From the NCBI GenBank assembly GCA_001821055.1, contig MHRT01000007.1, positions 7,931 to 71,930 of the forward strand: 64,000 nt of DNA. Direction: 5' to 3'. Source of the stretch: Candidatus Taylorbacteria bacterium RIFCSPHIGHO2_12_FULL_45_16 (GTDB lineage Bacteria > Patescibacteriota > Minisyncoccia > Phycocordibacterales > PALSA-1337). The notes below the pieces were generated by a model that saw only the letters and a list, made by a program, of their open reading frames with translations, did not search any database and had not been told where the DNA came from. A program made the translations under genes and the position numbers. Shown here piece after piece: positions 57,641 through 64,000 of the stretch; position 1 is the stretch's first letter, and each line of letters opens with the position of its first letter.

Positions 57641-59047
57641 CTAAAATAGAAGAAGCTTTCTGCTCCAAAAAAGACCAGTGAACAACACATAAAATCCAAC
57701 CACCCACCAACCGGAAAAAGCTGGCAATGTCACCGAGGCAAACGGAATATTGGCGAACAATTCAACCAGATACAACTCATAAGTAAGCAACAAATGCGCT
57801 ATCCAACCAAAAATATGAGCGCAGACCATGGATAAAAAGCCGCTTGCACCAGTCAAAAACACGACCAACATGGTAATTGGAATTATCGGCAACACCAAAA
57901 TATTCACAACTAGACCGATGATGGAAATCTGACCCATCATATAGAGGATAAAGGGTGAGACAAATATTTGCGTGGCAATGGTGGAGGCCACGATGCCGCG
58001 CAAGCCAAATTTTTCTGGAATAAATGACAGTTTACTTTCAATGGGACTCGCGAGGAGAATCAAACCAAGCGTCGCCAAAAATGAAAGTTGAAACGATGGA
58101 TCGTGCAACAAGATCATCGGATTTTGAATAAGCATTATTAGACCGGCAAAAACAAGTGCGCGAGTCACATCATAATCACGACGAATAAGGTCGGCCGACA
58201 GAGCGATACCGGCCATAAAACACGAGCGCACGACCGTAGCTCCACCGCCAACCATGATTCCAAATAAACCGATGCCAATACCGCCGACTGTAATGCCCCA
58301 AACGCGTGGCATAAACGAAAATAACCGGCGCATGGCATCGCCGACGATGGTAATATTGAAACCTGATAAAACAACGATGTGGATCAGGCCGACAACGCGA
58401 AAATCATCAAGCAAATCCGCGCCAAGAGCGTTCTTTTCACCGACGACAAGACCAGCGGCCAAAGCGGCATGCGGTTCTCCAAGCACTTCTTCCAAATGAG
58501 AGACAAATCTCCGCTTCAAATGGAAAAGTGCGCCAAGAATATAGTGGTTTGCCCGCACCGTAGACATGACATTTTCCATGCTTTCAGCCGGAGAACCAAT
58601 CGGGAGATTTTCAACTTTCGCACTTTTTATTTCATAAAAAATATTGTCTTTAGCCAAATATCCGATATAATCAAACACGCGCCCGGCATCACTCCTAAAA
58701 TTATAGGGCTCTGAAACTTTTCCGGAAAATGAAATCCTGTCGTCAAACACAAAACGTGGATGAAGTCTGGTCTTCATCCGAATCAAGACTGAGGATATGC
58801 AAGGACTATTCATGGACGCAGTGATAGCGCCTGTACTGGTTGTCGCCAAGAATAATTCATCCACTAACACCGAGAGTATCTGTCCGCCCTCTTTCCTTTC
58901 CGGCTCTTGAACAACCGTCCCGACACCCGTGACTAGTTGCCTATCGCACGCTCCGATGTCCTTCGCGTCTTGTTGTAGCGAAAATAACACGCGTATCACC
59001 GCCAATCCAATAAATAATGACCAAAAAATGGCAACTCCCCGTTTCAT
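57641..59047 (-). CDS. comEC: ComEC/Rec2-family DNA-uptake channel protein
   Basis: Polytopic membrane protein with a competence domain ...VVGLIHIVVLSGFNITIVGDA... Confidence 0.8.
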   Translation of the reverse strand: MKRGVAIFWSLFIGLAVIRVLFSLQQDAKDIGACDRQLVTGVGTVVQEPERKEGGQILSVLVDELFLATTSTGAITASMNSPCISSVLIRMKTRLHPRFVFDDRISFSGKVSEPYNFRSDAGRVFDYIGYLAKDNIFYEIKSAKVENLPIGSPAESMENVMSTVRANHYILGALFHLKRRFVSHLEEVLGEPHAALAAGLVVGEKNALGADLLDDFRVVGLIHIVVLSGFNITIVGDAMRRLFSFMPRVWGITVGGIGIGLFGIMVGGGATVVRSCFMAGIALSADLIRRDYDVTRALVFAGLIMLIQNPMILLHDPSFQLSFLATLGLILLASPIESKLSFIPEKFGLRGIVASTIATQIFVSPFILYMMGQISIIGLVVNILVLPIIPITMLVVFLTGASGFLSMVCAHIFGWIAHLLLTYELYLVELFANIPFASVTLPAFSGWWVVGFYVLFTGLFWSRKLLLF

Positions 59048-59070
59048 TTGGGATCATTGTAATCGATCGC

Positions 59071-59150
59071 GATAAAGAAATGCTGAAGAAGTGATAAAGT
59101 TTCGCTGAAGTTTACCGAGGTGGAACCTCGGTACCGAGGTTCCACCTCGG
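59071..59150 (+). repeat. Copy 3 of the ~43-nt intergenic repeat (59071-59113) plus an adjacent 37-nt perfect palindrome (ACCGAGGTGGAACCTCGG-T-ACCGAGGTTCCACCTCGG)
   Basis: Lies in the divergent comEC/sod promoter region, 24 nt upstream of the comEC start. Confidence 0.7.
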
Positions 59151-59174
59151 TATCACCCATGCTACAATCAACCC

Positions 59175-59768
59175 ATGAAACAATTCATCCCAAAAATATT
59201 TGACATCCCTCCACTCACCGGCATATCAACGAAGACTATCGAGGAACATCTCAAGCTATATGTCGGCTATGTGAAGAACAGCAACCTTATTCTTGAAAAA
59301 ATACCAGAGCTAAAGGCTAACATTGAAAAAAACGCCTATGCGCTCGGCGAAATCAATCGTCGTTTTGGCTTTGAGTACAACGGTATGCGAAACCATGAGA
59401 TATATTTCGCGTCCCTAGGTGGCGGCGCGCGGGCCTTAATTGATTCAAGTCCGCTCAAACAAACCATCACTGCCGAATGGGGTTCATTTGACGCCTGGCT
59501 TCTAGAATTCAAAGCGATCGCCCTCACTCGCGGCATCGGTTGGGCCATGCTTTATTATGATCGTGCCGACAAACGCCTCTTGAACGCTTGGATTGATGAA
59601 CAGCATCTTGGACAACTTCAAAATTGCGCGCTCATCCTCGGACTTGACATGTGGGAACATTCGTATGTCGCCGATTACCAACCATCAGGCAAAAAGAATT
59701 ATATTGAAGATTTTTTCGTGAACCTCAATTGGAGCGTGGCCGAAGAAAACTTTAAAAAAGCCGTGTAA
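59175..59768 (+). CDS. Fe/Mn superoxide dismutase
   Basis: ...NHEIYFASL..., GSFDAWLLEFKA, LGLDMWEHSYVADYQ. Confidence 0.85.
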   Translation: MKQFIPKIFDIPPLTGISTKTIEEHLKLYVGYVKNSNLILEKIPELKANIEKNAYALGEINRRFGFEYNGMRNHEIYFASLGGGARALIDSSPLKQTITAEWGSFDAWLLEFKAIALTRGIGWAMLYYDRADKRLLNAWIDEQHLGQLQNCALILGLDMWEHSYVADYQPSGKKNYIEDFFVNLNWSVAEENFKKAV

Positions 59769-59769
59769 T

Positions 59770-60783
59770 TTACTTCAAAAACCACCTTGCGAAAATACCA
59801 GCCGGCAACAATCTGACTTCCGTATTTGTTCCTTCCTCTTCAATCGTCAACTCCCCCACCTCAATCTCTCCACTAAATTTTTCCATGAGCGGAAGCAAAA
59901 CATTCTGGTATGACAGCGCCGAATAGCCCGCCGAATAGCCATTTATCAAAAAGAAAAGCGGCTTGTCGGAGAGTAGTTTGAAACAGTTTCCAACCAACGG
60001 TAAAAAATGTTCCTCTATCTTCCAAAGCTCATCGTCAGCCCCGTGACCGAAGGCCGGAGGATCCATGATGACGGCGTCATATTTTCTGCCACGCTTGATC
60101 TCGCGCTCCACGAACACGCGAGCGTCTTCAACAATCCAGCGGATCGGTTTATCCGTAAGACCGGAAATCTCAGCGTTTTCGCGCGCCCAAGCAACCGCCG
60201 TCTTTGAACTATCTATATGGACCACTTTCGCCCCAGCTTGAGCGCAAGCAAGCGTCGCCCCGCCCGTGTAGCCGAATAAATTGAGAACTTCGATTTGTGA
60301 GTCGGCGAAGAAAAGAGGGTTTGAGGGACGCTTCGGGGCGAGTGAAAGCGAGCGAGAACCAGCCGCAACTTCACCAGAGGTTGACGGCGTGTCCCGAGAA
60401 ACCTTGTTTTCCTGAGCAGATTTTCCCCTCTTCCATTCTTCAATTTGTTTTTTAACCCACCCCCAATTCGTTGCTTGCTCCGGAAATAATCCCGTGTGTT
60501 TGAAGGCCGTCAGCTTTATCCAAAACTTTAGACCACTAAAAGAAACCGCCCATTTTGCCGGAAGGCCTGATTTGAGCGACCATTTACCGCCGCTTTCTTC
60601 ATGAACAAAATGTCCATCGACTTTTTTCCATTCCGCCGGAGAAAGTTTTTTTGTCCACAAGGCTTGAGGGTCAGGACGCGACAAAACTACTTTGCCGAAC
60701 CGCTCCAGCTTCTCACCATCGCCGGAATCTAAAAGGGCGTAATCGGCGGTTGATTTAGTTACAAGAATTTTTGAAGTGGTCAT
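59770..60783 (-). CDS. Class I SAM-dependent methyltransferase (RlmI/RlmK-like rRNA methyltransferase fold)
   Basis: VLNLFGYTGGATLA (motif I) and AVIMDPPAFG (motif IV, DPPxF). Confidence 0.7.
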   Translation of the reverse strand: MTTSKILVTKSTADYALLDSGDGEKLERFGKVVLSRPDPQALWTKKLSPAEWKKVDGHFVHEESGGKWSLKSGLPAKWAVSFSGLKFWIKLTAFKHTGLFPEQATNWGWVKKQIEEWKRGKSAQENKVSRDTPSTSGEVAAGSRSLSLAPKRPSNPLFFADSQIEVLNLFGYTGGATLACAQAGAKVVHIDSSKTAVAWARENAEISGLTDKPIRWIVEDARVFVEREIKRGRKYDAVIMDPPAFGHGADDELWKIEEHFLPLVGNCFKLLSDKPLFFLINGYSAGYSALSYQNVLLPLMEKFSGEIEVGELTIEEEGTNTEVRLLPAGIFARWFLK

Positions 60784-60791
60784 TGTCGTTT

Positions 60792-61340
60792 TTAGATTGA
60801 TTGAGGCAATTCCGGCGGGAGAGCAGAATCATTCCTCATATGTTCCGTCTGTTTTATCGAACTGTGACGAAGCATGACAATGGCAGTGATGAACAATATC
60901 GTCGAAGTCAAAGCCGACCCTATGCAGTATGTACAGATAGAATGTAAAACAAACAGCTGAATATAAACAAACCACAAGGACATGCCGAAACCGAAGACTG
61001 TGATGATCAGCGTCCATTTCAATATGGACGAATGATGGGTGGCAATTTCACCTTTGCCGTGTTTGGATTCCAAATATATGAAAGCTCCCAAGGAAACCAA
61101 CAAATAATAAAGCGCGCCGAGCAATGATACCGGTACGCCGAACAAAACAGAATAAGGACTAGTAAGAACAATCTCACAGCCCTTTATAATCGAGCATGGA
61201 GGAATGACTCCACGATAGTGTTCAATCGTGAGATATGTGGCATCGGCAAAACCAAGCATGGCCACGATTAATAAAATAATCACGGCGACGCTACTAGCTT
61301 CAGCGAATGGCAGAGTCAATGATCGCTTTAAATGCTTCAT
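60792..61340 (-). CDS. Vitamin K epoxide reductase (VKOR)-family membrane protein
   Basis: 4-TM core with the Cys pairs CSIIKGC and CTYC. Confidence 0.7.
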   Translation of the reverse strand: MKHLKRSLTLPFAEASSVAVIILLIVAMLGFADATYLTIEHYRGVIPPCSIIKGCEIVLTSPYSVLFGVPVSLLGALYYLLVSLGAFIYLESKHGKGEIATHHSSILKWTLIITVFGFGMSLWFVYIQLFVLHSICTYCIGSALTSTILFITAIVMLRHSSIKQTEHMRNDSALPPELPQSI

Positions 61341-61947
61341 AGCCGTTTGGATTAACTATCGCTTTGCCATTGACGAAAAATGTTGGAGTGGAGTTGATTC
61401 CGAGAGTCCTGGCTTCATCCCAATCTTTTTGTACCCGGGCCTTGACTACGTCGGAAACAACGTCTTTCTTGTATGTCTCAACATCCAAACCAATACGCTC
61501 GGCATATGTTTCAAAGATGGTGCCGGCCGTGCTGGATGTTTCCCATAATTTCTGATTATCAAATAAAATATCATGCATCTCCCAGAACTTGCCTTGCAGA
61601 GCCGCGGCTTCGGAAGCCTCTGAGGCCATAAGAGCATTTTTATGTGGCACCGGATACAAAGGAAAATGACGATAGACAAAACGTACCGTCGTTGAAGACT
61701 CATTTAACAAGCGTTCGGCCAACGGATAATAAGTCGCACAGGCCGGACACTGGAAATCGCTGTACTCGATGATCGTGACGGACGCATCGGCGGAGCCTCG
61801 GGCATGGTCAGTGGAACTAACATCAGCTGGAGTGCCAAGCGTAGGTGTTGTATCTAGCGGTTTGTTCATAGCCACAAACAGACCCCAAATGATAAGTCCC
61901 AAGATAATGATAAAACTGGCCCAAAAAATAAGGCGTTTTGTATTCAT
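61300..61947 (-). CDS. DsbA-like thioredoxin-fold protein (likely the VKOR partner)
   Basis: Signal anchor plus the CPAC active site (YSDFQCPACATYYP). Overlaps the VKOR start by 41 nt. Confidence 0.8.
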   Translation of the reverse strand: MNTKRLIFWASFIIILGLIIWGLFVAMNKPLDTTPTLGTPADVSSTDHARGSADASVTIIEYSDFQCPACATYYPLAERLLNESSTTVRFVYRHFPLYPVPHKNALMASEASEAAALQGKFWEMHDILFDNQKLWETSSTAGTIFETYAERIGLDVETYKKDVVSDVVKARVQKDWDEARTLGINSTPTFFVNGKAIVNPNGYEAFKAIIDSAIR

Positions 61948-62012
61948 GGAAGATAGTATTACACAAAGTAGAGGTATTTTCTACTCTGGGAACATAATAT
62001 GTTCGCGGCACT

Positions 62013-62567
62013 TTATAGTATTGACACTAGACGCGCAAGCAGATATATGCCAAGAGCGTTCATGACAAATGAGATTGGTACCAAGAAAGCAAGACGTGTT
62101 TTTGACAATCCCAGGAGCGTGAGTCCAAGCTCATCCGGCAATGGTGAAGCGATGACGACGGCTCCCAGAATCGGCGCCAACCATTTTAAGAACCCAAAAT
62201 GAAATGACCGGGCAATATGTCTGACAAATGAGGGTTTCAGGGAATTCTTGAGATCATCGGCAAACCGATCTCGTATAAAAAAGAAGAGAATGATGTCACC
62301 AGACAAGGCACCGAGTGCTCCCCATAATATGACCGTGAACATTGGCGTTGTTTCTATGAGATGTACTAGGGCGACCGAAGACGGCGCAATCGTGAACGCA
62401 GATGTAAAAAAGACACCGGCGATAAAGCTGGCGAACACTCCATTACCGAGATTATCCAGAATCAAATCAAAAAATCCGCTCCAGGAAAGAACTATGGCGA
62501 TGCATATGCCAAAAATGACATAAAAAAGATCTCTGGTCAGCTGATGGCGAGCTTGTCTGCAACGCAT
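62013..62567 (-). CDS. Hypothetical small polytopic membrane protein
   Basis: Four or five predicted TM helices. No motif. Confidence 0.4.
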   Translation of the reverse strand: MRCRQARHQLTRDLFYVIFGICIAIVLSWSGFFDLILDNLGNGVFASFIAGVFFTSAFTIAPSSVALVHLIETTPMFTVILWGALGALSGDIILFFFIRDRFADDLKNSLKPSFVRHIARSFHFGFLKWLAPILGAVVIASPLPDELGLTLLGLSKTRLAFLVPISFVMNALGIYLLARLVSIL

Positions 62568-62893
62568 GGGTGTATTATAACCTACTTATTGATCCACAAT
62601 AGGCAAAAACTTATTTCATAAATACAAACTTCAGGAGTCGCGACAGGTATGTATTTATGACGGTCCTTTGCGACCACGAATATTTGTGCGGGGTACGAGA
62701 AAAAATAAGGCTTATTCAGCAGTTTCAGAGGGATGAAAAAGCGGTTGCGGTTTGAGCAGAAAAATGCCAGATTTTGCACTTGGCGCCGGTGACTGCGAAA
62801 TTTGCACCGACTGCCACCTGATTCACAGGCGATTGACAATATCCTGAAAACGACTAGTCTTTAATTCCAGACAACGAAAGGAAAAATTGATCT

Positions 62894-64000
62894 ATGAAAA
62901 CAATGAAAACTGCGTTGATCTCGGTGTACCACAAAGACGGTATCACTGATTTCGCGCTCGAACTCGTAAAATTCGGATTCACCATATATGCTTCTGGCGG
63001 CACCGCCAAGCATCTCACAAAAGCCGGCATCAAGGTCCTCGACGTCGCGACCCTAGTCGGCGGCGAAGCAATTCTCGGGCACCGGGTTGTTACCCTCTCC
63101 CGTGAAGTGCACGCCGGACTTTTAGCCCGCTATGATGTCCCGGAAGACATGGCTGAGCTTGAACGCCTTAATATTCCGTGCATCGACCTCGTGTGCGTTG
63201 ACCTCTATCCGCTCGAACAGGAGATCGCCAAACCGGACAGCACAGAATCGTCAGTCATCGAAATGACCGACATCGGCGGACCGACCATGATCCGTTTGGC
63301 GGCAAAAGGCTGCCGCGTCATCGTCTGTGATCCAGCAGACCGCCTGCCTGTAATCGAGTGGCTGAAATCAGATGGGCAAAAAGACCCAGGCCTGCTTGGC
63401 AGATTGTGTGCAAAGGCTGAATTCGTCGTCGCAAACTATTGCATGGCATCCGCTACATACCGTAGTGCGGGATGGTACCGTGGCCTTTCCGGCGAGAGTG
63501 TCGCTGAATGTAAATACGGCGAGAACGCCCACCAAACACCGGCAGCGTTGTTCTCTTCGGGGATCGACGATCCGCTGGGGCTCGATAAATTCACTGTGGT
63601 TGAAGGTACGCCTCCCAGCTACAACAACTACTGCGACTTGGACCGGCTGTTACAGACGATGACACATATTGCGATCGCCTTTCGCAACATGAGCGGAAGA
63701 AAAGACAGCAAAATTGCGATCGGAGGAAAACACGGCAATGCATGTGGCGCATGTACCAGTTACAACGATGAAGATGCGCTGCGTTGTGCAATGAATGGTG
63801 ATCCGCTGGCCATCTTCGGAGGACTGGTGATGACGAACTTCCCGATAGATGAGAGGCTCGCTGAATCTCTCTCCGGTAAGATGCTCGACGGTATCATCGC
63901 CCCCGGTTTCTCCGTAGAGTCCATCGCTAAGCTCCGGCGCCGAGGCGATAAATGCCGGTTCATCGAGAACAAAGCTCTGTCATCCGAGATAGGGCTGGAC
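62894..64000 (+). CDS. purH: Bifunctional AICAR transformylase / IMP cyclohydrolase PurH, 3'-truncated by the window end (absent from the ORF track for lack of a stop)
   Basis: Manual translation gives MKTMKTALISVYHKDGITDFALELVKFGFTIYASGGTAKHLTKAGIKVLDVATLVGGEAILGHRVVTLSREVHAGLLAR...IDLVCVDLYPL (MGS-like IMPCH domain). There is no stop before position 64000. Confidence 0.85.
   Translation, partial: MKTMKTALISVYHKDGITDFALELVKFGFTIYASGGTAKHLTKAGIKVLDVATLVGGEAILGHRVVTLSREVHAGLLARYDVPEDMAELERLNIPCIDLVCVDLYPLEQEIAKPDSTESSVIEMTDIGGPTMIRLAAKGCRVIVCDPADRLPVIEWLKSDGQKDPGLLGRLCAKAEFVVANYCMASATYRSAGWYRGLSGESVAECKYGENAHQTPAALFSSGIDDPLGLDKFTVVEGTPPSYNNYCDLDRLLQTMTHIAIAFRNMSGRKDSKIAIGGKHGNACGACTSYNDEDALRCAMNGDPLAIFGGLVMTNFPIDERLAESLSGKMLDGIIAPGFSVESIAKLRRRGDKCRFIENKALSSEIGLD

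Noticed and set aside
62582-62839. 85-aa minus-strand ORF upstream of purH
   Set aside because: It has no RBS and low-complexity composition, and it lies in the purH leader region. Likely spurious.

Overview
This 64 kb window looks like a small, low-GC genome of the Patescibacteria/CPR (Parcubacteria-like) kind. That placement is an inference from gene content and architecture, not from a database hit.

Most of the window is conserved core genes. The central ~7 kb is a 23S-5S rRNA operon on the minus strand with its own promoter and no 16S gene nearby. The 23S gene (about 4940-11838) is heavily interrupted. I count four group I introns: one encodes a double-motif LAGLIDADG homing endonuclease, one carries an 83-aa ORF, and two have no ORF. 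There are also at least four stem-enclosed intervening sequences (IVS). The helix-45 IVS contains two tRNA-like structures.

The protein-coding regions fall into recognisable blocks:
- Cell envelope and division: a GT4 glycosyltransferase, an FtsW/RodA (SEDS) protein and FtsK.
- Ribosomal and translation genes: rplJ-rplL; secE-nusG-rplK with no adjacent rplA; rpsF-ssb-rpsR; efp; and the synthetases metG, glyQS, ileS and argS.
- Recombination and competence: recA, a recO-like gene, comEC and a cluster of four type-IV-pilin-like genes.
- A complete thymidylate/one-carbon cluster: glyA, tmk, dCMP deaminase, a ThyA-family enzyme, dcd, DHFR, folD and purH (3' truncated at the window end).
- A secreted LCAT/PGAP1-like lipase with a beta-helix and three secreted peptidoglycan-binding surface proteins.
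- A HicB/HicA toxin-antitoxin pair, SOD, VKOR plus DsbA, and several hypothetical membrane proteins.

The observations I rank highest:
1. The ileS gene carries a complete histidine-phosphatase (PGM/SixA-like, RHGE motif) domain nested inside its zinc-knuckle loop.
2. The 23S helix-45 IVS (about 690 nt) contains two tRNA-like structures.
3. A four-helix-bundle (Avd / 23S-IVS-protein family) gene sits in a ~450-nt cassette bounded by inverted repeats. The same motif occurs ORF-less in the 23S helix-25 IVS and as a solo copy elsewhere.
4. The ThyA homolog has Asp at the position equivalent to E. coli Asn177, which is the dUMP/dCMP specificity switch. It sits next to dCMP and dCTP deaminases.
5. 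A ~290-nt GC-rich region between argS and glyA has its own promoter and terminator and looks like an unclassified structured ncRNA.
6. A ~680-nt non-coding gap between glyA and tmk has a strong terminator and a promoter-like site but no ORF.
7. A ~43-nt repeat family sits immediately upstream of three minus-strand genes, with a partial copy forming the ileS stop codon.

Intron and IVS boundaries are approximate (roughly +/-10 nt).
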